A DNA stretch of 62,202 bases, the filler included, from Choristocarpus tenellus KU-1152 (taxonomy: Eukaryota > Protista > Phaeophyceae), in the NCBI GenBank assembly GCA_964200185.2. It is 7 parts of 7 records of this genome, joined end to end, with 100 filler letters (N's around TTAATTAATTAA, not from the genome) between each part and the next. Parts side by side here need not be neighbours in the genome. Positions count along the whole stretch, not along the records: positions 48,043 to 55,675 come from CAXNAD020005840.1; positions 55,776 to 62,202 come from CAXNAD020008163.1; 5 more parts are not named here. The stretch is one strand, 5' to 3'. This document shows, piece after piece, positions 49,330-62,202 of the stretch. Below the pieces are notes generated by a model. That model was not told the DNA's origin. It worked only from the letters and a program-made list of their open reading frames with translations, and ran no database searches. The position numbers were made by a program, and so were the translations under genes. Position 1 is the first letter of the stretch. Each line of letters opens with the position of its first letter.

Positions 49330-52300
49330 TCACTGACCAGTCAAAGGCAAAACAATCACGACAAAACTTGCCTTGGTATGCACCTCCGGAACTCGGTTCC
49401 ACAGTAGGTCCAGCACATCCCAAGTCTTTGCCGCATGCAGGCTGAGATAGACATTCGAAGGATCCTGGCATGGCAAAAGAAGGCAATACCAGGTAAACAC
49501 ACATACACGTGAGATTGGAGAGAGACACGGGCACAGACTGGAAGTGAGCAACGAGTAGGTAAGCTCTTCAAAAAAACGTTACGTGGGTGGGGAGCATGAT
49601 ACAAAAAAAGACCAAGTAGAGCACCCAAGTCAGACCATGACAATTAGGTGGACTAACCCTCCATCATTTTATGGGCGCATGTTGCACTTCACAACATAAT
49701 TCCTTGAAAAGCAAACGTGAACTACAAGAGCAGAAAGCCCACAAATGCAAGTTGCGACGCCAACACAGCACTTCCGCCTTAATGGGATTAGAATCAAGAG
49801 GTACAGACACACCAACAAATCTCAATTCTAAGGCTTACTTCAGTCGTATTGCTTCGATCCCATTGGTAGTATACTGCCCCAGTCCGATCTCAAAAAAACA
49901 CTCTGTACTTAACTCTAACCCTACAAGTACACCCCCCTTTGTGAGGGAACAGGTTTGGAACGAGGGGGTGTATCCTAACACTGCTCAAAACCATGCTGTG
50001 CATGAATCACCAGCATCGGAATACATATACATAGCTGGACATACAGAGCATGCTAAAGATCCTAGCACCCTAACGGGCCATCCCATTCTACAATGCTCTT
50101 ATCATACTGATGCGAATCTTGCTGCAAGTGGATGCCCACATCTCCCACTCCTGCCGCGGAAAAAAATGGCATGTTCCGCCTATGTTGTGAGTGCTGGTAC
50201 ACGCGTAAGCGCTAAGTGACGGTTTCATTAATGTTTGTAGAGTTTTCCGTACAACAAAGAGGAGTAACTTACTGACAGTAGATGAGTTCAAGTTCAGCTA
50301 GGGCGACCATTAGGTGACCCAGTAGATGAAATGAGAGCTTCCAGTGGTAAACGTGCATTGGTGCATAAAAAGTCCCACCAAAAAAACACTCCAGAGTACA
50401 TGTTCAGTGCCTTTCCTACTCATGCACACATCCAGCATTTCTTCGCAACGAGCCTTACTTGCAGACACTGATCTTTCAGTAACTGGCACTCAAACAATAT
50501 GCAGGAGTCACACCGCCATCCAAGAACAACAACGGGGGAGTTCATGGCATTGCGAATCAAGAGGTTTGGTAAGTACCCCAGAGTATGTAAAATAGTATCA
50601 GCTAAAAATATTCAATGTAAGGTACTCCATGAGAATCCAAAAGCCGTTCACAGAGCACACACAGTGCTGCAGAGTGCCACAAGGAAAATTCCAGCGGAGC
50701 GAGCACTCATACACACGTAAAGAAAGAAAAATATATCATACTTTTTAGATAATCAATCGGACTGACTACAACCCCATAACCATTTGCAAAGTCAACCATC
50801 TTACACTTGATTGAATTTAATCGAATTGTAACCACCATCATTAATTATTGTTGACAATTACAAATCATAGCACACGACATTTCACCCCGTCCAAGAAATG
50901 TTACAACCTGCCTGAACACACCATGGCCTAGATGGCATCCTTGTAGCCCAGTGGGGAGGGAGTCTACAAGCTTCTACACAAGGAATCCGCAGGTTTGAAC
51001 CTGATCTAGGTTGGATTTTATTCTCAAAGAGAAGACTTCATTTTGATAGTCCATGTGGCAACTGCAAAGGGTACACCTGTACCTTCCTGTGTGCTGCTTC
51101 GGAAAGATACTATCTCTTCATTATCATACTGAAACGTTCTGCAACGCCTCTGAAGATAACACCAAAAAATGTAGAAAACCCAAAACACAGGTGCAAAAGG
51201 CTTTATCTCGGTGAGGCAAGTACCAAACAAGATTTGAGAGAGGAGGTGGAGCAATGAACTGCTGGAAAAACTTGGAATGTTCTTAATCAAAAAGACCCGA
51301 AAAATGCAAGGCACTCGTGAGTGCAAAAGTGGAACCAGCTCTAGTGCATCGGTCTGGTAGTAGGAAATTGATGACAAGAAGTAGTCCAAAGTAAAGTGCA
51401 TCTGACCAAAGGGCTGGGGGGGCTATCTCATAGGCAGGTAGGTTCCTGGTCCAAGAAAAAACTTCAGATAGTAGAAACATACCAGAAACAAGTAAGACCA
51501 TTAACATACAAAGAAAAATAACGGAAACGCGCAGGAACACAAACGCACAACAACAAAAAACACCCACAGCGTCTTTCTACGTTACAGAAATTAACAACAC
51601 CTGAAAAAAAAAAAAGTTGCATGACAGCCCTCAAAAAAAAAAAAACATGCGGATGAGGACCTCAAGTTTCTTACAAAAAAAAAGCAACAACAAAACAAAC
51701 AAAAAGACAGGGACACAAAGAAAAAAATATCATCTCCTCTTCTTTTCATGCCATCAATTCAATTCACAACTACTATGTTTCCACTTACTGTCCACGCCGC
51801 CCCCTCACCCCACACCAATCCAAGCAGAAACCTAACCTCACCAGCATCTGAGAATACGTCCCGATGGTCAAGGAAGCAACTAGCCGGGCCGCCACAAGGT
51901 CTCGCAGGTGCATTGTTTCTGCCGGTGTCAGCGGATGAACCGCCTGATACCCTCTCAAAAACAGCGCGCTCGCCCCGAACGAATTTCCGCTCTCTCTTTT
52001 TTTTTTTTGAAACAAAAAGCACATGCGTGTCAAGACGCAACAAGAAAGACAGACAGACCGCGAGAGACAGCAAGCACGCCCTCCAATGGTAAGCGAGAGA
52101 GCGCACGCACTTTACAAAGAAAATTTAAAAAAATAAGAACAAAAAAATAAAGCCTTTCGACGGTTGGTTCCGATACGACCAAGAACACTGCGCGTTTTTT
52201 TCCAACGGTTAGTGAGTAACTAACTAACCAATGAACTAACTAACGAACACCGCAGACTGAATGCTTCAAACAAAAACAAAAAATAGACAAAAAAAAAAAT

Positions 52301-54238
52301 GTGTCGCGCGTTGACCCGATAATCATTCTTTTTTCTTTCTTCAAATTCAAAACAAACAGCAGAGAAATTGAGTTGGGGAAAGGTCCACTTCCGGAGCCCA
52401 TCGCGTCGAATATTCCTCCATATGAGGATTCTCAACATCTATTGGAGAGTATTGGGAGATAGGCCGGCGGCGAGGGTGGGAAATGATATAAGAATAAGAA
52501 TAATGTTTTTTTTGAGGGGTTAAAAACAGGTAGGAAAAATGGTGACATAATATTATTATGAAAACGGATTTGGCAGGTGATAGATACTGCACGTCCTCTT
52601 GGAGACTCTTCTGCGCAGCTGCCCTTCCCCCTCCAAACAAGCTTCGAATTCACTCCCAACCCAGCAACCACAGAACCCATCAAAAGAGTCTTCTTAACCA
52701 CATGGAGGAGCGAGCGCTTGGATCGGAGAAGCCATGCAACTACGGCCCAAAAATACGAGGCCTGACAATTTTCAAGAAAAACCGGAGATTGCCACCAACT
52801 AAATTCGGTGTGCTCAGCATGTCAGTGTGGGAATAGGAGCTACATATATATCTCTTACCTCTAACTTATGGTAAAAGACAAATCTACTACACCACTGTTA
52901 GTTTCTTTCATAGTCACACTGTACTAGCGTACCACTGTATTTGTGTATCAATGTATCACTGTACCACTGTACAAAGGGCAAAACTGCAACCACGTGTACA
53001 TCCCTGGCTGGAATCAATGCCGTACTTTTCAACAGAACAACAGTCCAACACAAGTGTACGTGTACATTGTACACATGTTAAAAAAAAAAGAGGCAATCCT
53101 TCCTTCGTTATGGAAGGAAGGATTGCCTAATAAACAAGGCAAAATATTGGTTTTTATATAGTGTACAAAAGTGAAGGTGTGCAAGTCTGTCTGTCTACGC
53201 ACGGGAAAGAGCAAAGGGGACGAAAAAAAATAAAGGAATCATGACTTCTCATTGACTACCGAAGTATGTGCACTTGGTATTATTAATGGCATTAATCACT
53301 ACAATTGGTGAAGTACGTAACGTACACTTGTTCAACGGAGGAAATGAGCTTGAATTGGTCATTCATGATAGCAGGAATCAGCCACTTTGGTGGCATAACT
53401 TGCCGCGGGACTATTAATCTCACAGGACTACAATTAGAGAAACAACAACGAGATGCCCCAAGTGCTCTAGGGCACTACAGAACAAGCACAAATACACAAA
53501 ACACAAAGAACAAAGCACGCCCCATAGGTTTGAAAAACCTCAAAACTCCCAGATCAGCGACATAGAGAGCAAGGCATCCATCCTATCGGCTCAGAGTAAC
53601 ATGCAGTACAATTTAACAATTATGGATTTGCTATATTGAACAAATTTAATTAGAGAAGTTAGGGTAGATACAAAAAAAATCCACTTTTGAACTATATATC
53701 TACTGTAACTAGTGGTAAAACCGACTTAACTAGGTTTCGTAGTGCTACTTGATTATCAAAAAATTCTTGACAATAATTCTTACATAAATTGTACTTTACA
53801 TGAGAGGTCATTCTACTGGTGCAGACATTCCTTGCTACTACTCCTAACATGTCCCCTAAAAATAAGTTCCTATAGACCTTGATGTTACTCCAATCTGAGG
53901 TAGGGTAGCCCAGATCGGGAAGCAGCAACCAAATCGCCTTCACAAATACAAAAACCTTCAGACAAGCTCTGGCACACAAAAGACAAAGCACGAGCCACCT
54001 TCACATCAGGTAGACCACAAACCAGACAGGCTATCAATACTACCTTTTGAACTCAGTACTACAGTAGTACCAATGTAGGTTGGGTCTCTCACCTGGCAAA
54101 TGTTGAAACCATGGCATACATCATCCCGATAGCCACCTCATTGACGATCCAAGTGTAGCCAGTGTCGCCAAAGTCAATCAGTCCCTTGACTCTTTTCTTG
54201 TCCTCCGAGATTATGATATTGGCATCATTAAAATCACC
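49330..54238 (-). CDS. Hydroxylysine kinase-like / aminoglycoside phosphotransferase (APH) family, 3' exons 54093..54238, 51842..51995, ~49330..49464; 5' exons not identified
   Basis: Brenner-type GDFNDANII, GLIDFGD, NEVAIGMMYAM, FLRGYQAVHPLTPAE..HLRDLVAARL, DPSNVYLSLHA..TW. Exon phases are compatible; the exact 3' end is uncertain. Confidence 0.82.
50935..51016 (+). mobile_element. Possible tRNA-derived SINE head or tRNA pseudogene (intronic)
   Basis: A-box-like TAGCCCAGTGG and B-box-like GGTTTGAAC at tRNA-like spacing, with no clean cloverleaf. Confidence 0.35.
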
Positions 54239-55675
54239 CTGTAGGAAACAGAGTATAAAAAAAGGAAGGCGGAGGTGGTGACAAGGGGGGTGGGGAGGGA
54301 TGGTAAAGCAAGACTCTAGAGTGGAATGAAAAGCTCTTGTCCTAGATTGTGATAGGTCCATTCAACACAAGCATACAAGAGCTACGTTAACACAGCAATC
54401 TCCGTCACAAACTGGATGCAACAGTACTTACATAACAAAGACAAGCCAGGTTAACAACCCACAACATTGTTCAAAAATAACTTTGTGCACATTGCAGTGT
54501 TCCTATATTTCATTAAAACCTTTATTTGTGCATCGACTCTCATCACACTACTTTCCGCGAGTACAGTGCGGTCATTTATCACATTTCCAATCCCACCACA
54601 AGCTGCGAATCGCAACAGTTCAATCGGATTCAGTTTTGGACTAATCGGAATAACAAAAAAAGAAATGAAATCGAAAAGCTCAGATACGTCAATATATATA
54701 TATAAATATAAATATGTATATATATGTAAGTTTATCTCTTATCACAATACAAGGAGAAGAGCGACTTCTGAAAGTGTCAAGGTATCAGTCACAGAAAAAC
54801 CACATACCCGTGACAAGAAGTCACCACCCCCGCAACTAACTACATGTTTCACTCTTCATGCCCTCGGATCTTCCTGCTGAGACCTGTGGAGGCTTTGGTA
54901 ATTTCTCCTGCGTCGCCTCGTGCACCAACAGTAAACACTAAAAAAAAAAACGTAGTTGGTTTATCTGTAACCGTAGTTGACACATTTGTAACTGTACCTT
55001 CTTTTCAGTTCACAACACCAAACACCTGGTGATGCAGAAGGGTGATGCAGAAGATTGACCAATCACATCCAAATAATGCAGTACTATGTGGCATAAACAC
55101 AGCGTAGTAACCAGTCCTTAATGCGTATGTAAAATGGCGCAATGTTTTCTTCCGGAACGGGATAATGCAACAATAGGATTTTATTGTGCAACTGTGCGAT
55201 GGGTCCTATTCTTCACAAGTGTTAAGACGTAGGCTACTCATCTGTTTGTTACTTGATAGGATACAGTTCCACCAGTCGACACTGACTGTTGATTGGTCTG
55301 TTACGCTCTGGACGTTACTGTCACAAGTTCGTCATCACCACATCAATTGCCATCATAACACCGTAGTGCAGAACAGTTGCTCTGCATTCCACACAAATAG
55401 TATAGCATAGTATTCGTCACTTGAGTTGCATCATATATCGTTTCAATTTCGTTCTCTTGTCCTCTTGTTTGCTTTTCTTTCACTCTTTCTTCCTATTATC
55501 AGCAGAAGATGACCGTTGTACGTTGATTGTTGATTATTATTTCTTTCATGACTGCCATTGATCTCTCACAGTGCACCAAACTCACTCTGCAAACTGTCTA
55601 CAAAACACACACATGGATGTAATATAATCAGAGTTTAAAACATCAGCGGAAACCCTTGCCAGCCAAGGTAACAAG

Positions 55676-55775
55676 NNNNNNNNNNNNNNNNNNNNNNNNN
55701 NNNNNNNNNNNNNNNNNNNTTAATTAATTAANNNNNNNNNNNNNNNNNNNNNNNNNNNNNNNNNNNNNNNNNNNN
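55676..55775. other. Artificial contig linker
   Basis: Same spacer. Confidence 0.98.
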
Positions 55776-56663
55776 CCCCCCATTCTCCCTCCATATCCAG
55801 CAGTTTAGGCTGACGATCATAAAGAGATTTTGGTCCTCGTTTTGGCAGAGTTGCTTGAATGCATGTTAATAATGGGTTGTAGTTTTATTTTGAGAGTTTC
55901 TTCCCTTGTTGCATGGGCATTGAACTTTTTTGATTGCTATAAAAAATAATGATTTTGGAAGTCTGCTATTTTTATTTGCCAGGTCTTAAGTACATTGGCT
56001 TTCTTGCCAAGAAATGTGATTGGGTTTTTGTTTCCAACTCATGGAAATGTTGCAGTTAGAGGTCTCTTGTTGGTAAGTTTGGCTGTATGGTAGTTATCCC
56101 CACATGAATGTTTTGATACTTTATGAAAAAAATATATTTTTTGTTTATAGAAGGTGGATTGTGTGTGCTGTGAATCGTGTGTGCAAAGCATTTGTAGCTT
56201 AAACTGTGGTGGTCATCCTTGCTTTTGATTTGAAAATTTAGAAAATAGGTGTGATCTTCTCAGTTTTTACCTTTTTCTAACACCTTTTCGCACACATGTA
56301 GTGAAGGTCACAGACTCTACTGAAATTATGTTTGACTTATATTTGGTCTTGCTTTAATGTCGATACCCTTAAACTTCTTCTCCTTGAGCAAGTCTCACAC
56401 ATTCATCTTGTACAAGAAAAATAAATTGAAGAACTCTACTAGTGAACTTATCTTGTATAGCATCTTGTGATCGTCAGTGGGCAACTTTTGTTGCCTCCCT
56501 GTACACCAGAATCTCTGCTGTTGATCCATACCAGCCCTCGTTACTCTTATGTACCCTGCACAGGCGTTATTCCTGTATCACATGCATCTTCCTCACACCT
56601 CCTTCACAAACCTCACCCTGCCCTTTTGTTGTGTTAAAAACTGTGTTACTTACGTAATTTTAG

Positions 56664-59600
56664 GTGGACCCCAAAAACATTCCTGATGTGGGCACTGGGG
56701 GGGGTTGTGGTCAAGGTGGCAATACAGGGGGAGGCAATGATGAAGCACCTTACGAGCAGATATGGGCTCCAATGGAGAGTGCACGGTCACCGGAGATTGA
56801 TCGTCTTGTCAGGCGTTTTCAACAAGTTGTTAGCAGGGAGAAGGTGAGGGGGTTTGCTATGCATGACAGGCAAGGGGGGAGGTACCCAATTATGTATATC
56901 GGTGGGATAGTGGGGACATGACTAGGTAGGGATTAGAGTTTTGGGAGGACCCTGTTTTGTCACAGTGCCTGGTTGAGGTCTGAGTCGGGCACCAAAGGAC
57001 CATGGCTGGTTTGACTGTGAGTTCTATTTGAACCATTATGTTTGTGTCCGAATCCAGATCTGAAACTGCAGTGGTGCTGGCCAGAGTGTTATTAATGCAG
57101 GCCAGATTGAGTCTGGATCAGATCTGCACAATTAGGTTTAGGTTTAGGGGTAGGATAGGGTTCAGGCAAATACGCAGTTACTGTGATAAACTTCACATAC
57201 ATAAATGAAGAAATCAACATGTCAACAATTCAAACACTATTGTAGCAACAATGCTGATGGTACAACAAACCCTTTCTTTTAATATCATACATGTACCCCA
57301 TCTTGATTCAGTGCTTGGAAATCCTGTATCGATGTGGAAATGGCTTTGCTCGAGCATCAGCAAAGCTGACTGAACTGGAACGGGAGTGGAAGAAGCATGT
57401 TGGGAGGGTTCCTAATGTTGGGCAAGGGGCAATGCCAACGAAGGGGGTAACCTCAGGTGGAAGTGGGCCGGCTGTGGATGTTGGGAGTCAAGTGTTGGAG
57501 GGCAGGCAGTCTGCTGCCTCGGCTCTGGCCCCTTTAGTTGTGCACGGTGGTTTGGGTGGGGTAGACAGTGTTTCCTCTGTGCCTGCTACTCCTTTGGCTG
57601 CCACTGCTACCAAGGCAGGGACCCTTTGCTCAAGGGAGGGTGTTGGGAAGAGGAGGGGGAGGGGAAGAAGTGGTTTGTTACTGTTAAATCCGGATCTAGA
57701 CCTTCCTATGCCATGGGAAGAAGAAGAGGTGAAGCTGTTCAATGATGCTATGATCAGGAGTGAGAAGGAGTTTGACAAAGTCAAGGTATGTTGATAATGG
57801 CCTCAGGTGTGGTTTGGTACAGTAGTATTGTATCACTGCTTTTATAATCCTTTTGTACTATTGTACAAATATCTTATACAGTATCAAAATGCTGAGATTG
57901 TTGATGAAATGTTGTACTGTACTTTCAAGTGAATGCGACTCTATTTATAGTGTTGTCTCATTATATTTGAGTATTGTGTTGAACGGTGAGTGGGATTTAG
58001 TAGATCAATAGTGATCGATGAGAAAGTGCACTTGACCCGCTAACAGTCACAGAGTCTGGTTTCCTGCTAACCTTATGTTAACCAGGCTTGCAGTATGTAT
58101 TCAGTTTCTGTGGTACTCATGGCAATTTGTAGCCCCCTTCTTTCTTCAAGGCAGAAATATTAGGGTTTCTGTGTGAATCTCTTACCTGTTATTGTATCCC
58201 CCCGACAGATTGTGACAATGTGCTGAGATCACCTCCCTTGTGTGTACATTCCTGCTCTGTTTCCCTCTCCCTACACCCCACCAACCCGCTTACCTTGGCC
58301 TTCCCTTTTGATCCTGACGATTTTTTGCTTGGTACAGAAGGAGTTCCCTGGACGTAACACGTGCGAGTTGGTAGATCGATATTATGGGGGATGGAAAAAG
58401 ACAGAGTGGTATGTTGCAGCAAAGAATGCAATCATGTGAGTGTTTACTGTAGTACCGCTGAATTATTCCTTTTTTTTGTATTTCATTTTTTGTGGGCATG
58501 AGGGAGGGGGGCGAAAGAGCACCGCCTCTCTGTTTTTGTTGAATATGGAAGATGTGTCTGTATGGGGAGTGAAGGGATGAGTTCAAAGGCCATGGATCCA
58601 CTTCCTTGTGAGTGAATGGGTGTCTGGAGTGATGAATACAATTTCACATGTTGAGAGTTGTGGTGACCTTGGAAGGCTTGATCCTGTTTGTGCTCTCATA
58701 TTTCCTTTGCTTTATTTATCCTTTCCAACTACTATTGTGATCCCTTGGATATAGTATTCCCAAAAGCAATACCAGGGTGTAATTTTTTGCCTGACAAATC
58801 AATCTCTTTGCTGCTCTCTTTGCTATTCCTGACTCTGGTTCTGTTTGCCATTGTAATTGGATGTGGCACTCGGCATGGTCATTGGCTGACTGGCTCTATT
58901 CGTGTTGTTCATTTGATGTTCAGTACACGCAAGCTGCAATCGGTGAGCAGAGAACTGTTTTTTCAGTGTATGTGATGACTCAATGGATAGAGAAGATGTG
59001 TGTGTGTGCGCGTGTGTGTAGTGGATAAGTTGGGCAATAGGAGTTGGCAAGCAAGAGATCACGGGAAGGTGTGAAACTTGTAGGTTTGTTGGGCCCCTAG
59101 AATTATCACTAAACTACTGTGTTGTATTGCTGTGTTATTATTCAGATTACCATCAAGCACACTGAAGTATGAATTGCAATATAATCAACAAGTTGAATTT
59201 CACGCGAGACTATGTATATTTTTGCAAGAGTTGGTGAAAGGCATGATAACACATTTAACTCTTGGTCTCTTTCTTGCAGTTATTTCACCATTGTGGCACA
59301 AATATACCACTTCTGTGCCCCCGCCGTCCACCCCCCCATGAAAGTTTCCTTGGTCAGAGTTTCTATGTGGCAAAATTGTTTTGTGATATAATGGGCTACA
59401 TGAAGACTGGTAGTTGGTTTTGAGCTGGATTTTTTTTAAGGGGGCGGTGGTATCTGTGTGGAAAGGTGGACCATTTTCAGTGATTGAAGCTGTGAAAGAA
59501 TTGGTCGTATAATGACGAAATCATTGCTGGTGTAAGGGGATTGTTATGGATCATATCAAAATACTGTGAACATTTTTCATGTGGTCATGCTGTCCTGTTG

Positions 59601-61618
59601 ACCAAACTGACAAATGATTTCCAGTGCTGGTTTTTGTTGCAGTGGTCTATTAAGGCCTGGAGATATCACCCACATTTATCCCCCTTCGTACCCTAACACT
59701 GTGTGTGTTAAATTATGTGTGGTCTGTGGAATGTCAGAGGTGCTGGATCTGTCAAGAGGAAGGAGATCTTCTTTGCTGTGATAGCTGTGATGGAGGTGAG
59801 CCAGGGGGGATTGGGGGAGGGGATGAATATTTGGCTGACCATCTGTAGTGAGAGAATTAGTGGTTTCGTATTGAGTAGTGGTTATATGTTGACAGGGTTA
59901 TGGGATGTTGTTTGGATGCACTCTGTTGGATCGTTGTCACATTTAAACATTCTACTTGTGTCCAGCATTGCCTCTAGTTCCATGTACTGCCTACCCTTCA
60001 ATGTTACTGAGCTGGACCTGATTCACAGAAGAGTAGGGTGGGGGTAGTTGCACATTTCATGGTTGTGTATAGTATACACTTGTTTGCTCTTGATGGAGAA
60101 GCATTGATCCTTCCCTTATACACTTATAACCCACACCCTTTGCTTCATACTCTTTCATGATGTAGGCCAAGATATGTAGGGTTCCTGTGGATATGCCTTG
60201 TCCCGTGCAGCCCTCTTGGGGGGATTTTCAGTAGTACTAAAGTATTTACTCAGTACTATGTGGATTTTTTAAGATCACACACAATCCCAAATCTTTTGCT
60301 TTTTTATATATATGTGTTTAGAAGGTCTGAATCTGAAAAGAGGAGAAAATGGTAGCACAGGGTTTTAAGCTTACAGGGCTGACCATTCATAGATTTTAGG
60401 AGTTTTGGATACTTGTGAGCATGTAGCCCTTGGATCAGTTATCCATTGAAGAATGTTTAGGTTCAGGTGAATCAATATACAAACAAGTATCACCGCCCAT
60501 TCTGTCCTCCATCCCACTTGAAGCGTTACCTGTCAAACGCTGATATACCATTGTTCCACCAGGACAGAGAGTGTTGTGACTGCCTGTAACTGCCTGCCTT
60601 GTTGGAACCATGGTATCTCATTGTTCGACACTACCCCCAGATGTCAGTGACTTCTTATGCACCTCTTTCAATGTCCCCCCTCTTTCATGCGTGCTCACTG
60701 TGTGGTACTTTAGCACTATTGAATAATAACATGTGTTCATCATTGACTTGTTTTTCCATCTTCCTGGAACTCCCCACCCCAGTTCTCCAGTGCCCAGATC
60801 GCTCAATGCCTTTGGATCCCCATCATAGTCCAGTTTGGCACTGCCTCCCTGATATCTAGATCTTGCCCATTCCTTTTGAAACTTTTGTTGCTGTGCAGTG
60901 TACCATCTCAAGTGCCTTCGCTTGTCTGTGGTACCGGATGGTGACTGGTTCTGCCCTGACTGTATCAAAGCCGGCAAGCCACCCAGCATGAAAGAGAGGA
61001 CGGTGGAAGGTTCTGGGGTAGTTGGGGTTGGGGTTGGGATTGGGGCAGGGAACGTGACAAAGGCATCAGGAGGGGCTGTAGTAGGGGGCACAGCTGGGCA
61101 TGAACAGTTTGTGAAACATTTTGTGGACTTATCTGAGCCTACAAGTATGAGACGGTTGAATTCTGGTCAGGAGTGTGATGGATTGCAGGATGGCTCTGGG
61201 CAAGGACCGGTTTTGTTGCCAAGCAATTCAAGGACTACACCAACTCCAAGCTCAGTTCAGCGATCTGGGTTTGGGTCAATGGAAGGACGGGGGAAGGGAC
61301 CTGTAGGTCATGTGGAGCGTATCCCAATCCAGCTAGGCAAGAGCATTGACTCATCTCCAAGGACAGCCATGTACCCGGACATTATGGCTGTTGCACCCCC
61401 AGTGGCAGTGACGACCATTCACTCGGGAGCCACGAGGGTGCCAGTGAATGTGCCTTCTGTGACGGTTGGTGCCAGGGTGGTCGATGAAGGCATTGGTGGG
61501 ATTTCAGGAGTTGGACCTGTGACTGGTGCAAGTCCAGCTGGGACAGGACTGCTGCATGTGGAAGCAAATGGTCAGTTGGGCAATTCCGTTGTGCAAGGGG
61601 AAGTGGATAAGGACATTG
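56664..61618 (+). CDS. ELM2/SANT(Myb)-PHD chromatin regulator, internal exons 56664..56843, 57312..57785, 58338..58435, 58924..58942 (tentative), 59738..59795, 60899..61618; partial at both ends
   Basis: ELM2-like EQIWAP...EK|CLEILYRC, SANT-like WEEEEVKLFNDAM..EKEFDKVK|KEFPGRNTCELVDRYY..WKK, and a C4HC3 PHD assembled across exons (RCWICQEEGDLLCCDSCDG|VYHLKCLRLSVVPDGDWFCPDC). Confidence 0.85.
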
Positions 61619-62202
61619 GTTAAGCACCTTCGGCCCCTCACCCATGATATTTTGCATGAACCATGAGCTTTTCCCTATTATGGTGAGCTTGAGGCAGTAT
61701 GTGAGGTTGATGCTTCTCTACTGGCTTTTGTTCCATGTGACTTTTACTTATAGTAAGCAAGTTTGTGGGCCTTTACATATGTGGATAGTTCTGTACATCC
61801 ATCTAGGCGCATCTTCCTTTTTGTTGTCTGTCACCTTTTAGCCGGTTGTTACCACCTGCCACAGAAATAGGATGTATGTGCGCTGTTTGTCCAAGGAGGG
61901 GTCTGGGAACAGGTTTGGTAGGTAACACGAAGCAGTGTGTGTGTGTGTGTGCGCGCGCGTGTGTTTGGCATAATGGAGGTAAGGCCAAGTGTGCTAAGTG
62001 AACTCTAGGCAGCTCGTTTGAAGGCAACATGTTACACCCTTTACGTGTTTTTGGCAATACTAAAGGTAGGATCATAGTGATTGGAACTGCTGGGACCAAG
62101 TATAAATGTTCTCAAGTGATAGTGAATAACCTTCTGCTCTTTCTGCTGTATATAGGATCTGGAGGACAAAGGGAAAAAGTAGTATTAGTAGTGAAGGGAT
62201 AT

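Noticed and set aside
49671-50219. 182-aa plus-strand ORF
   Set aside because: It is antisense within an intron of the HYKK-like gene and has no recognisable domain.

Overview
This is intron-rich eukaryotic nuclear DNA. The proteins, a bipartite plastid-targeting presequence and the transposon types suggest a photosynthetic stramenopile, probably a brown alga (inference). The window is not one locus: seven contigs are joined by six artificial 100-nt linkers (N44-TTAATTAATTAA-N44), so neighbourhood across linkers has no meaning. Spliced genes rebuilt by hand from GT-AG boundaries: a Ser/Thr kinase, a plastid-type chorismate mutase, a small single-TM protein head-to-head with a Tim17/22/23-family protein, a STIMATE/TMEM110-family protein, DNA2 head-to-head with SMC2 (both cut by contig ends), a partial HYKK/APH-family phosphotransferase, a partial ELM2-SANT-PHD chromatin protein, and two low-confidence unknown multi-exon fragments. 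Intergenic DNA holds decayed Tc1/mariner, non-LTR and probably Helitron remnants and several MITE families. The standout is an AT-rich ~1.4 kb insert (39631-41050) that splits a decayed mariner transposase. It is a patchwork of short, decayed bacterial gene fragments in both orientations (thioesterase, nuoA, UDP-glucose dehydrogenase, glmU). Several resemble Rickettsiaceae proteins as I recall them, pointing to a nuclear fossil of an intracellular Rickettsiales symbiont. All homologies come from motif recognition by eye; no database search was run.
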